Shown here: positions 1 through 13,600 of the stretch, in pieces | Layout: each line of letters starts with the position of its first letter | Numbering within the stretch: position 1 is the stretch's first letter | Assembly: GCA_020536535.1 (NCBI GenBank) | Contig: JAHLWZ010000526.1 | Location: forward strand, 96,843 to 160,842 | Length of the DNA stretch: 64,000 bases | From: Pelomyxa schiedti | Lineage: Eukaryota; Protista; Evosea | Direction of reading: 5' to 3' | Translations under genes and position numbers: made by a program | The notes under the pieces: model-generated | Told to the model about the DNA's origin: nothing | Database searches by the model: none | Seen by the model: only the letters and a program-made list of their open reading frames with translations

Positions 1-1437
1 GGGAGTTCCCCTGTCTTTTTCTATGCCTAGAGAGATAACATAAGGTCCATTTAACATATGAAATAGTACAAATTGGGTGGAGCGGTTAGGGCAGATAATT
101 CGTGTATCGGCGACTGCGCATTGAACTCTGCAGGTTGTAACTCCGGAGGAGAGGAGGCAACTCTGTGACAATATTATTCTATGAGAGTAAAAAAAAAAAA
201 AAACACACATCAACGAGGGACAGCTTGTCAACTCTGCTATTTTTGGTACATACAATTCCTCTGAATCAACGACCTTTGCTTGAGGCTCGAGTGATTCTGG
301 GTAGCCACACTTCTGGTTGTGCTGAGCTGACAGTGGCAGAGCAGTGACTGGCTGTGTGGATGCTGTTGAAGAAAGAGTATTCGAAGATTGGGCAAAGGAA
401 TCTCGTTGCTCCTTTACCTCCACTGGTGCAGTCGACAAGGGAATTGTCGTAGTGACAGATGGCAAGATCTGGGAAAGGAGGTCTTGCCGGAGTTGTAATG
501 GGCTATTATACTTTCCCGAAAAGCTATCGCTGTCAAAAGAAAGAAAGTCCAGGAACTTGGAAGAGGGTGATAAAACTTTGCTGTAGTAATTTGGGGACGT
601 TTCCAGAGGTGGACGATTGGAGCTTCTTTTTGGGGTACTGAACTATAAACGAAATGAGACTTACTATAATAAAAGCACTCGGACCTGGGGGTCAGATATG
701 GTGCTAGGCTCTAAAGGAGTACGAAGTTGTGTCTCACAGGCATTCCCAAGGAAAATCTGGGGAGGAAAAAAAAATTATGTTCAAAAGGGTGCCAGCAATA
801 GTACTTGACTTAGCGAGTCCGTGGACAGACAGTCGCCCAACGCAAATGTACTTCCTGATGCTAATCCAGAATGAGTTTCGGCATATTCATTTTGTTCTCT
901 CTTGTGGTTTGGCTTACAGGTGCCAGCAGGTTCAGATATAACAGTGGTTTGAGTGCAGTTATTGGTACTGAGCGAACCCCTTGTGCATTCTGTTGCTGAT
1001 TCATCAAGTGGTATTAAAGACGGGGGAGGGGGTGGTGGTGGAGGAAGAGGCAGGGATGAAGAAGGTGTGGGCGCGCAGGCTGATTCCCCACCCAAAATGT
1101 TTGCGTTACGGGATTGTCGAGTCGTTTTTGTCCCGGGCTTTCTTCCTCGCCGTGGGGCAAGTTGTTGACAAACCCCCTCTGAAGGTTCATTCGGGTCAGC
1201 TGAAGCAACAAAGTACATTTCGTCGTAAGAACATTCTGGAGGATTGTACAAAGTTGATGGGGCCAAGATCTCGGCACCGATGTACACTTGTTCGGTAGGG
1301 TAAAAAGGAATGAAGCCATCGTGCAAGTAATAGCCCCCACCTCTGTTCATAGAGTCACAGTTATGCCCACCATAATCAATTTCCCCCGCAGCAGAAAAAA
1401 GGTCTTCTGTTTGTGCACCAGTACCAGTGTAGTCCAT
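1..1437 (-). CDS. Hypothetical low-complexity protein with AT-hook-like RRGRKPG motif; multi-exon, 3' end runs off the window
   Basis: ATG at 1437 and a long first exon, then GT-AG introns linking open exons (e.g. TALPLSAQHNQK..., VASSPPELQPAEF...) down to base 1. No recognisable globular domain. Confidence 0.6.
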
Positions 1438-1622
1438 GCCAACACGTACTTACGGTGACCAACACCACCCCTCGCCTTGGTTTTTTTTAATGTGTTAATT
1501 CTCTTTGAAGATCCACAGCAGGTGATGCATTTTGGTTTTTCCTTGGCATCAATTAATTCCCTGCGCGGATGTCAACACGCCAATCTGAAACAACCCCAAA
1601 CAACACACTGTTTTATTTACAA

Positions 1623-3112
1623 TTAAATCAGAACAAGCCAGGGTAGATTGCAGGACCAAGAGAACTCGATGATAGTCTGAAGGATGTGGAGTGGCAGATG
1701 GTGCTTTGAGAGTGGGCATGTGGGACCGTTGCAGCACCAGGCAGCTAGAATCGGTCGTATCACAGGCCATTTTGGCCATCTCGTTACGTGCGGCGTAACC
1801 TCTTTGATTACTCCCACGGCGCACACGGTTCCGTTGAAGCTGCAGAGGAATCTTCCAAACTGGGAGAATTGGGAAAAGCTGCCCACGGCCAATGGAAGGC
1901 ACGGGATAAGCGTGACTATGGCACAATCGCCTCTCCTCAATGTGGTCAGTGGATCTTCAAAGTCCCTGCCCGTTGCTTTGTCTATCTTCTGCACAATGCT
2001 GTCCAATTTACAAGGGACTGAGGCCGAATGAGTAAACAGTACAGGGACAGCTCCCACATTGATACAGTTTGCATCACGCAGCACAATCATCTGGTGCAAA
2101 ATGATTTAAGGTGCCAGTAAAGAAATTAATCTCACATTCGCACTGAACTTATCCACTCGGCGAATTTGTGACTCAGTTGAGCTGGAACCACCAATTGCAA
2201 TAGATCCACGTTTTGGCCTGCGTCTCGTATCACAATCAATCCTAAGGCCTGCAATATCACCTGGTTCGGCATTGTCTACCTGATTCCCACAAAGCTCGAT
2301 GGATCTCAGAGTTATGGAAAACTTCTGTGGTTCCACCCACAAAGTCATGCCATTTGATACTGTGCCGTATAATACCTTCCCGATGATTATGCTGCGGTTG
2401 TAAAGAACGCGAAGGATTTGTATGACTGGCGGGAAAGACTGAAGTTGTGAACTTGGAACTCTTGAGGGAATGGGCAATGAACCCAGAGCCGCGATTAGTG
2501 ATCGGCCTTGGTACCACTGATCTCCTTCCGTGCTGGAGGCTATATTTTCACCAGTGAGTCCATTGACTGGTATGAAGTCCTTCGTGGGAGGGTTGAACCC
2601 AACCTGTTTCTTCGTGATAAGGTATACCTTTACGAGCTAATCCGTACTTTATGGAGGTATGCAGTTAATTCTCCCCTTATTTCCGTGTACCTAGCCAACT
2701 CCTTCGTCAAGTTACTTGGCTCAAATGTCAGTTTGTTGACTGCAATTAAAATCCGCTTCGCACCCATTGTGAACGCCGCAAGAGGCATACTTCTAGTGCT
2801 GCCGTAACGTCCGTATCCCCTTTCCCATTCTCCCTCTGCGGCACTCACAACCAACACGCAGGCGTCAACCATCCCGAGCACCGGGACAGCGTTGAGGCTG
2901 TACTTCGGGTCGCCCGGTACCTCGAAAAACGTCACCCTGCGCCCGGCGATGCACGCAAACCTGTTGACCAGCTCCCAACTCCTCCCGGCACCTGACGCCG
3001 ACGTGGCTCTGCCCACCTCACCCGGCACAAGGTGCCGCAGCAACGTGGACTTCCCGCACCCAACATCCCCCATCACTGCCACGGACAGAGGCGAAGCCCG
3101 TAGCCAACTCAT
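1623..3112 (-). CDS. Divergent EF-1alpha/HBS1-family translation GTPase-like protein with C-terminal extension (3 exons)
   Basis: GDVGCGKST (G1), EVPGD (G3-like), LVVSAAEGEWE, AVNKL (G4-like), VGFNPP..FIPVNGLTGENI, domain II AEPGDIAGL, domain III GDCAIVTLIP...FGRF...VCAVGVIKEV. Two GT-AG introns restore the frame. Confidence 0.85.
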
Positions 3113-3167
3113 CGGCTTGCGGATCGGTCAAAACAACACTTTCTGGGAATTCCCCGGCACAAAAACG

Positions 3168-4430
3168 ATGGCGTTTTGTAACAGCGAAGTCGTTGCAACT
3201 ATTGACGACGACCCCTCGTCGTGCCGCTTGGCATCAGTCCCCGCGCTCTGTGCCATTGACCAGTTCGTTGCGCTGCTGATGTCGTCGCACCCGCGATGCG
3301 GCCCCCGCAGCCCGGCGGGGCCTGTGTGCTCCGTGGCTCCACTTGCGCGCCACATCTGGGACATGTCCGGAGTCGTCTACGTCGTGCTAGAGGTGAACCC
3401 CGAGGAGGAGCCGCCGGAATCGCGGTGCGCGATGTTTGGCGTGTCTGGCGCCACTCTGGGAGTGACTTATGGGCCCGTCTCGGGGCCCAACCGCCTGAGA
3501 GACTGGAAAACGCCGGGCCTCTGGGTCCACAGAGACAGAAACTCCGGCGATGACGACGGAGTTGGCTATTTGGTGCTCTACAGGGCGGATTATGGGACAC
3601 TTTCAAGTGCAACTGCTTGTTGTGCTGGTGGCGGGGAAGTGGTGCCTGTGGCTTTGGGGTGCATGTCAGGGGATTCTGCCATAAATAGGAAGTGGTTTGT
3701 TGCTTGTGCGGACTACAGCGGTGCAGTATTCGAAGGATATAAGCTGATAATCAGTAACATTCAGCATGGAAAAGAGCCTGATGTGATGGTGGCAGTGCCT
3801 GGGAGTGAGAAGCTTCTTGTGTGCCAGTGTTATGTGTTCTTTAACAAGGTGGCTGCTGATGAGGCTCTAGTCGTGATGCTGTGTGCTGGCGATCACTACG
3901 GACCTGCGTTTACTTTGTTTGATGTTGGTGCAACCTACAGGTCGAGGGAGCCTGCTGTGGTGATGAGCTCAATATGTACCACGTGGCCTCCTTATAACTC
4001 CTACACCTGTGAGGAGGTTTTGATTATGAGAAGACAAAATGGAGATGTCATTTTCATCTTGAAGGCAATTGAGAGCGTTCTCTGGGGTGCATTTGCAGTC
4101 GAGCCCACAACTGGGGTTTTCACACAGTTTGTGGAGCACTGTTCTCAGCTGTCACAGGTCAGCAACAGGGTGTTCTGCACAGGATGTCAGAGTATAGGGA
4201 CATACGAGCTGTGGGACTGCAACAACCTAGCCACACCACTGCGGAAGGTAAGTGACAGATTCCATCAAGTAGTTGGTGGCAGTGGGCTTCTGTTTGCAGT
4301 CCAACTAGGCAACAGGAAGATCACAGTACTTGAGGCCACCTCAGGAATCACTGTGCTAACAATCGAGGTGACCTCCCTGCCCAGAGGTGCTCCCTTTTCC
4401 ATCACTCCATGTTGCTCTCTGCTTTTTTGA
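3168..4430 (+). CDS. Intronless hypothetical protein (about 420 aa, Cys/Trp/Val-rich, likely beta-rich), probably from a lineage-expanded family
   Basis: Long uninterrupted ORF. ATG 3168 is preceded by the A-rich context seen at other starts. N-terminal AIDQFVALLMSSHPRCGPRSP...LARHIWD motif. Confidence 0.7.
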   Translation: MAFCNSEVVATIDDDPSSCRLASVPALCAIDQFVALLMSSHPRCGPRSPAGPVCSVAPLARHIWDMSGVVYVVLEVNPEEEPPESRCAMFGVSGATLGVTYGPVSGPNRLRDWKTPGLWVHRDRNSGDDDGVGYLVLYRADYGTLSSATACCAGGGEVVPVALGCMSGDSAINRKWFVACADYSGAVFEGYKLIISNIQHGKEPDVMVAVPGSEKLLVCQCYVFFNKVAADEALVVMLCAGDHYGPAFTLFDVGATYRSREPAVVMSSICTTWPPYNSYTCEEVLIMRRQNGDVIFILKAIESVLWGAFAVEPTTGVFTQFVEHCSQLSQVSNRVFCTGCQSIGTYELWDCNNLATPLRKVSDRFHQVVGGSGLLFAVQLGNRKITVLEATSGITVLTIEVTSLPRGAPFSITPCCSLLF

Positions 4431-5212
4431 TTAGAAGGTATTTATTGTTTTTTTCTTTCTCTTATCGAATCCCCAGCTATGAAAAGAACCTGCTTTGCAT
4501 TGACGGGTTCTATCTGTGCCAATATCTGGAAACATCCTCACAGCTGTGAAGGTTGTGATCCAACGGTACCTTTTGAAGTAAGTGGGGGATCACGTCACGT
4601 CGGATTTCGGAATTCACCGGGTGTCTGTTTAAGACTTAGGTCTGTAATACATCTCTTCTTTCCATTATTATTGGCTCACTATCTTCCAGTAGCTTATCTT
4701 GCCGCATGCTGACGGGTATGTACAACCCAACCGGTACCAAGATGGAGCACTGGCGTCATTCCGTTTTGAAGGGACATCGGCCACGTCAAAAATGTGACTC
4801 GTTATTTTTGATTCCCACAAACTCAACAGAGGGCTTTGCAAACGGGTCATATAGACATGACATCAACAGACGGGATAAAGATACACACCCGACAAATCAG
4901 CAAATATCAGATATCAATCAAATGGCTAGAACAAGGATTGCAAACAGTCTGGTAAGCAAAACTCTGACAGCAAAGTCTACTTCACAGTCACACCAAGGTA
5001 ATTACACACTTTCTCTCCAAACCCTCAATGTCCTGTCAGGTCACCAGTCTGCACTGTTACAAGCCTCAAAAACACTGCAAACCACCACCACCACAGTGGA
5101 AAAAGCACTGCTTTGCCATTGGGTGCTCTGGTGTCTGCACAACATATTGGAGGTGAATGTTCCAGTACCTTACATCCACCTGCAGTTCCCCACCCCAGCA
5201 CCAGAGAGATGC

Positions 5213-5304
5213 TTGAAATCCTTGAGGGCAATATTGACACTGTTGAAATGCTTGCCTCCTGCCGTTTGGAATTTCAGTATCAATATTGCCCTCAAGGGTT
5301 TCAA
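5213..5304. repeat. Inverted repeat with 30-bp arms (28/30 matches) and a 32-nt spacer
   Basis: 5213-5242 TTGAAATCCTTGAGGGCAATATTGACACTG versus the reverse complement of 5275-5304, TTGAAACCCTTGAGGGCAATATTGATACTG. Confidence 0.9.
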
Positions 5305-5327
5305 ATGGCAGAGCTTGCACAACATTC

Positions 5328-5504
5328 TCAGCCATAACGGTTAAAAACGCCAAGGAGCATTCCCAACCCCTTGAAGTTCTTCGCCATATCGGCAGAGACG
5401 TCGAGGGCAAACACAATTCTCTCTGGCATGAACGGTCGTTCTTCCAGTTGTACTGGTACCGTCGCAACCGCACCGCCGCTCACACTCGCTCCCTGTGTAC
5501 TCAT
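5328..5504 (-). pseudogene. Orphan 5' fragment of a vWA-domain gene (BABAM1/MERIT40-like first strand)
   Basis: MSTQG...PFMPERIVFALDVSADM resembles a vWA beta-1 DxS motif. No homologous continuation could be spliced downstream. Confidence 0.35.
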
Positions 5505-6132
5505 TTTCCCGAGATTTGATCGTAGTGACAGCTTACAAACGGCTTTAGATTTTCTATCCAAATATTTAGCTCACCTCGTCAAAAGAAACCTTTTTAAAAT
5601 GCTTGTTGATGAGAGAAATGAGATGAACCCTGTAAGAGCCCAGTACCAGAAAGGAGCTTCAACAGACGCAGAAAAAAAGAAACTTTGAAAGAAGCAGAAG
5701 AAAAAGTTTGACAAAGAACGATGTTTTCGTATTCCTTTCTGAAGCCATGGAATATCCACATAGAGAAATAGAAAGTTGAAATAGGGGTAGGTCCCATGTA
5801 CTTGGGAAAACAAAACAGAAGCCCATTAAAAAGAAAGGTTGACAAAGGAACAGTGATTTATTATTTTTTCTCTGCCAACAACCAAAGACGGCCAAAGCCT
5901 CAAAGGGCAACGGGAAGGAGTGTGTCTTGGCAGGTAATAGGGTTTCCTTTTCCCCCTGGCTCTATATGTTCAAGTTGGCCAAACCAGTGGCACAACCCGA
6001 AACCAGAGGAAGGGGGATAGAGCCCTGTGCTTACCACATTCAACAAGACTCCTAGCACTTCCCGTATAGCTGCCCAAGGAAGCTCTGTGGTCCGTATCTT
6101 TCCGGTTGTTGTCTGAAGGGTTTAGTGTGTGT

Positions 6133-7371
<1,239 letters not shown>

Positions 7372-7651
7372 TTATTTTGTTTGTTGTGTCTGCTTGCGGT
7401 TGTCTGTTAAAAAAAAGGTTGCTTCGGTCCTCTTTAAAAGCCCCAACGATTTCCAAAAAAGGACGGGACAGTCTTAGAATAGGCTTTCTCTTCACTTGAA
7501 AGAGCGACTTCAACTTGGCTCCTTAACTGTGACAATACACTGAGAGCTAAAAACCCTCTAATCCATCAGCGAAGAAGGGGCGTTTTCATCCACGCGATCT
7601 TCCTTCATTCGGAAATTCCAGTTCTGATCGACACCGAAATTCAGTGGCGTA

Positions 7652-10600
7652 ATGACCACAGAGCACGAGGGGCGCAGTGCGGAGGGTAACACCGCAATTG
7701 TGGGACACCCCCCAGATGCCATGCCAGCACACGCGGACGTGTCACCCGACTCGGACGCAGGAATACGGTCGCGGCACGACATGTGCCTGACTGAGTGCGT
7801 GGACCACCCCCTCATGCTGACGTCATCACCGGAAACCTGCAGTTGCAATGACGACTGTGGGTGTGACGGCCACGGCGACAAGGGAGGCGAAGGAGAGGGC
7901 GACGATTCTTCTGTTGCTTCTAATAATGACTCTACCTCTTCTGGTTCTGGTATGGTTGCAGTTGCATCCACCGCGTCAGATTGTAGCAGTGGTGGTTGTT
8001 CTTCTGAGGAGGCAGTGAGCGGAGGTGGCAGTGTTGATCAGGACCAGGACCCCCAATCCACAAGGGGTGCAAGTGGGGGGACACAGCCTGCTGTGGCGGG
8101 GCCTCGGCAGCAAAAGTGGAACGGACTCGATCAGCTGTTGCAGCTCGACGCTCAGGGAAGCACCGGCTTCACGAGGAAGAAAACTATGGATGTGCTCATC
8201 CTGCCTAATGAGGATGTTGTAAAGAGTGGGCACCAGGGAAGGGTCGCCAAGCTTTCATCTGCTTTGCAGTCTAGCAGCGCACCACCGTCTCCGGTAAATT
8301 CAACCAAGGCACATGTGCTTAATTCACCTCAGAAAGGTGCTGCACCCCAGAGTCCATCAAGTCCAAATCAAGCAAAGAAAGCTTCAATTGCTCAGAGATT
8401 TTCGACTCTACTGAGATCAACAAAGACCCCTCAGGTGAAAAAGGAATCCCCCCTACAAACACAATCAACAAATCCTTCAACGCCAAGTACATCATCCAGT
8501 GCTCCAAAAAAATCAGAAACAGAACCTCTTCCTACAGGCACTGCCCAACTTGAAAAACAAGAGGCCCACCAAACCCAAGATTCCTCTGATCCTTCATCTT
8601 CACCAGAAAAAATGACAAATGAAGTGTCTGTCAAACAGACAAACAGAGACCTCCAAACTGCGCTCCAAGGAAGCACTTCTCCCCAGGTAGCCAATGGTGA
8701 ATCTCACGCAAATGATACCACGGAACTTGAATCAAGTAAGACTGAGGAAACAGACCCGATCTCTAAATCAAATGAGAACTTAAACTCCTCCACAAGTAGT
8801 GTAACATCACTGCACACTGTCACTTCCACATCTGCAACACAAGCTCCCTCAGCCAGTACAAGTATGAACCCACAAGTCTCATCACCCTTTGACTGGAGTG
8901 CATGTCTGGCTGGATTGCTGGAACAAATTTCTGTAAGTACAGCTACCTCTTTGGCCGATTTAGGGGAGCCGGCATCGAGTCCAACTATTTCTACTGCCAA
9001 TGAAAAATCCTATGCAGTGAGTGTGGATGCCAATCAAAAGGCAGTGGCACAAGTTGAAGATAAAAGTATTTCACTCCAAGCGCCTTCAACCAGTGAAAAC
9101 GACAGAGCAACTTCTGTGTCTTCTGATCCCTCCAACTCTTTTGCCACTTTCTCTCATGCAGTGAATCAAAAATCATTTTTTTCCTGGAACAGGTTCATTG
9201 GTGACTGTGGAACCAAAGTAACAGCTGCAAATAGTACATCACAAGACACTACATATAACTCAACCCCATATGCACCTTCACCCAAAACCAAATGGCCCAC
9301 TTGTGCGCCAACCAAGAAGAATTCCACATTCTCATCAAACAAGACCAAATCTACTTGCAGACAGCGTTCAAATACCCTCGCATGTGCAAGTATATCTCGT
9401 CACCTCAAGGTACTCTCATCTAAAAGAGTGACTGGGTTAAATATTGACAGGACAAATGTAACCTCGCCTTTCCTCTTGTGGTATACTTGCCAGATGGTAC
9501 TGCTGTTGCCACGCCTATGAAGAGATACACTACACCTGCTCAAATTTGTTCCCGTATAGCTTTGCTCTGCCCACAACTAGAATCTAGATCACTAAGATTA
9601 ACATCGCACACTGGAGCCTTGCTAGATCATGGCTTCATACTATGTGAGTGTGAGGATGTTCTACAATGTACTAGATTTGGGGTGTGGCCCAGGGTGCATA
9701 TTGTTTCCTTTATTGCCCGAGGAAGACAGCTTGTTGCTAGCCATTTGAAAGTAAGTGTCTTGTATGTTCAACTCAAGTTAATAGCTTTCTCAAGCATTCT
9801 GTAACTGAAAAGCCAAAAATAGTCCTGGTAAATAATAACGCTGCTCTTTCTGTTCTAAATTGTCTCTGTTTGTTTCTAAGAATAGCACATTTCTCCCTTT
9901 CCAACTTCTCATACCTGGTGGCCAAACATTGTACTTGAAATGCTCTACTTCTGATACCCTTACACAAGTAAATGAAATTATCAAACAAGACTGATTTGTT
10001 TTCACGCAGATAAAGCAATTAATTATCCCACAAGCACTTCAAGAAGTGGGATTGATTCTGCCACCTAACGCCTATAATACCTTTGTACCTGGTCTCAAGA
10101 ATACACTTTCTATAATGAACGTGCCTTTCATTGCTCTGTGCAGAAGTTATGGTATTATACCAAAACTTGTTCTAGAAAGGCAATCAATTGTGTGTAAAGC
10201 ATTCCCGCTCGGTATTTCTTTTATTTCTTTGTCAACCATTTTAACAGGATAGACAAGTGGCAATTGAAAATGATATTTCCACTATTCTTGGGGAATATGA
10301 GCACTCCATCGGACTAGAAGAACTTATTTTCAAGCAAAAGGCAGCTAGGTACCCATCTGTGATATTGGTTTTTTTCTCAACTACACAGATTGAGATATCA
10401 ACAACGAATATCAGGGATACCACTGTGGTTATCGTCTGCTCCCCCAGAAAAACAGAAGGGGGCAATTGACATTAATATCGAGCTTCCCCTTCTGGGAACA
10501 ACGATGCATATCCCTTCGACACGTACGATTTTTTTTCCCCCTCACCCTGAGTTTAATTTTTCCTGTGAGCAGGTTCTGAAACAGCTGATGGTTTGATCAC

Positions 10601-13600
10601 CAAGCTCTTTTCTGCCTTTTATGCACAGGTAGCTAAAGACTGTTCTGCTAATGATTTTGTTCTTAAGGTATGCTCTTCCTTGTGGCGCCTTTGACTAAGC
10701 TTTAGGTCAAATTCTTGGATGAGTACATCTTTGGGAGCCAGCCCCTTGTTGCATTTCACTACATTAATGCCACCCTTGAGTCAAACCAAGTTCCATTTCT
10801 AGTAATAACAACGCGACCTGACCCATCACAATCACCTGATTTTGAACACTTCCCTGATGCTCCTGTATACACTTACCAAAGTAATGCTGGACTTATTTAA
10901 CATGACAGTTCTTTAAACTTCCAAGTTCAACTCTGGAGTATAGTCATGACTACTTGGATATATCCAAGAAACCATGGCAAGAGATACCATGTTTCTCGAT
11001 ATGGTCTTATAAGGTAGTAGCAATACCTTAGTTGTCCCTTTTCTCATTTCCACAGGATTTTTTTTCCTTCAAGGTGATTGGACTCGAATTTCCTCTCACC
11101 TCAGAACTACCAGCTGATTTAGTTTCGATATTCATAGCAGCTGGATTGTGAGCCTGTTAAATGTTTAACTCTAATACGTATGAAACATTCCTCTAAGATA
11201 TCATGGTGGTGAACTTCTCTCTCCCTTGATTTTCACTGATGTTGTGCCTGTGTCAAATTGTACTCACTGGAAGAAGCAATTGAGGACACTCACCCCAATG
11301 TGTGAGCTTCCAAGGGTACAGTGGAACCACCACATTTTTTTCCCGCGATTACAATTTTCCTGCAGGCGACAAGGCTTTGCTTTACAGCTTTTGGGAGAGT
11401 GTCAAAAGAAGATACGCAGGAAGTACTACCTAAAGACAACCCATTAGGATGGGTCAGCTGCCTCCTATTTGACTACAAGCATGAGCTAATCGTATATGAA
11501 ATTGATCTTGAAAATTTTCCCCAATAACCACTATCCAGACAGGAAAACATATTTTGGCTATGTGGCTTAATGATAAAGCTAATCCAATTGGAACTTGCAA
11601 TGAAAACTTTTCAGAGCATGACAAGACATTATCTATTTGCATTGAATTCCCAAAGTATACTTTGCCTATTGTTTTCCCCACTCAAGATGGTATGCAACGC
11701 AATCCATTTCATGTTGCAAACAGCAAAAAACCAGCAAGTATTGAAACTTCTACAAAAATGGATGGCTCGGACCCCATTGACGTGAAGCGAGTGGACGAGA
11801 TTTTAGAAAAAGGTTTCTCTTGTTGAAAAGGAAAAGCACCTAACCAAGTCCCCAGATCAATTGTACCCCCTCACAGAAAAAGATAAAAAAATTCTGTGGA
11901 GCCAAGCAGAACGCATTAAGGACAGGCCCAAGGTTGGACATGTAAACCCTACTCCACTCACTTATAGAGATTCTTAGGCTCTACCGAGAATCTTAAGTGG
12001 AGTTAACTACCGAGACAGATTTGCAGTATCTTATCTCCACAGGTAAAACTCCTTCCTTTACTTCACTGAAATACTACGAGACTATTGTCGTCAGTGGAAC
12101 TAAAGCCGTTTCACGCTTTGGAGGTTCTATTTTTCCTTTGTCCTTTGTTTGACAACTGTACCAGCTCCTCGATGCGAAGTATCCAGACAGTAGAGTACGG
12201 GAGCTTGCTGTTGAGACAATTGATAAAATGAGTGACCAAGAGATATTAGATTATCTTATACAACTTGTTCAGGTGCATCTTTTTAGCGGTGCCGATCCCC
12301 TTTCTAATTAGAACCAGGTTCTGAAGTATGAGCCATACCAAGACTCCTCCCTGGCAATGTTTCTGCTTAAAAGGGGGCTGACAAACCCCAAAGTATGCTT
12401 GGACATTGCAAATGTCTTTCTTACATTGGTCAGGTTGGGCAAGATATATTCTGGCATTTACTGGTACGCAAGTACTCTCATTAATTAACAATTTTTGCTA
12501 ACTGTAAATATCATCTTTTCATTGGGCAGAGTGAAGTTCATGTCCCCGATACACGGAGCCGATATCATCTCCTCTTGGACGCATACTTAAGGGGATGTGG
12601 CCCTCAAAGAAAAGAGCTACTCTTCCAACATAAACTTTTGAACGGCCTCCGCTCTGTGGCAAATGGACTTAAGGTGACATATTTATTAGGAGTGAAGTAT
12701 TGAGAATTAAATGTTCCAGGTTCTCAAAGATAGTGATAGGCAAAATTTTTTGCTTCAAGAACTCAAAAAATATCACGTCACCTCTCCCTTCCATTTACCA
12801 GTAAACCCAGAGTACACAGTTTAAATTTTGAAACTTTAAACGTTCTAAGTATTGACCAGCTTCATTGCTTGTGGGCTGGAGATACCAAAATGTAAATACA
12901 TGGATTCTAAAAAATTACCGCTTTGGCTTGTGTTTCAACACTGCAACAGTGAGCGAACGACCTACCCAGTTCTATTCAAATCAGGTGATGATCTCCGGCA
13001 AGATATGCTTACCCTGCAGGTAATGTCCAACCAGATGGTAATTTCTCTTACCACTTTTCAGATGATCCGACTTATGGATAATGTAACTTCACAATATCGA
13101 AGACCTTTAATTTATTTGTGCAGTTGTGGAAAGCAGAAGGACTCGATCTTCAACTTTCTCCTTACAGAACAATGAATATGGGAGACAGTGTGGGAATGAT
13201 TGAGATTGTCCAAAACGCCACTACAACGGCAAACATTCACAAGGTTAAAATATTACCAAGAAATGATCGATTCATTGATATCAAAATTTCCAGCAATCCG
13301 GAGGAGCAACAGCTGCGTTTAGGAATGAGCCTCTTGCCACATGGATACGCAAACACAATACCACAGATGAAGACTATAAATGTGCTGTCACTAGATTCAT
13401 GCTCTCTTGTGCTGGGTACTGCGTTGCGACCTACGTTCTTGGAATTGGGGACCGACACAACGACAACGTTTTTATCCATTTTTTCTACTTTCATGTAATG
13501 GTTCCCAGATTATGCTTACTAAAACGGGTTGTTTGTTCCATATAGACTTTGGACATTTTCTTGGTTGCTTTGTAATATCCTTTAAGACTCTTACCTTCAT

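Noticed and set aside
2892-3167. 5' extension of the 512-aa ORF overlapping the EF1A-like gene
   Set aside because: It begins at TTG and is the antisense shadow of a GC-rich exon; ATG 3168 is the better start.
4706-5344. 212-aa plus-strand ORF
   Set aside because: No motif, and it runs through the inverted repeat; probably a by-product of relic sequence.
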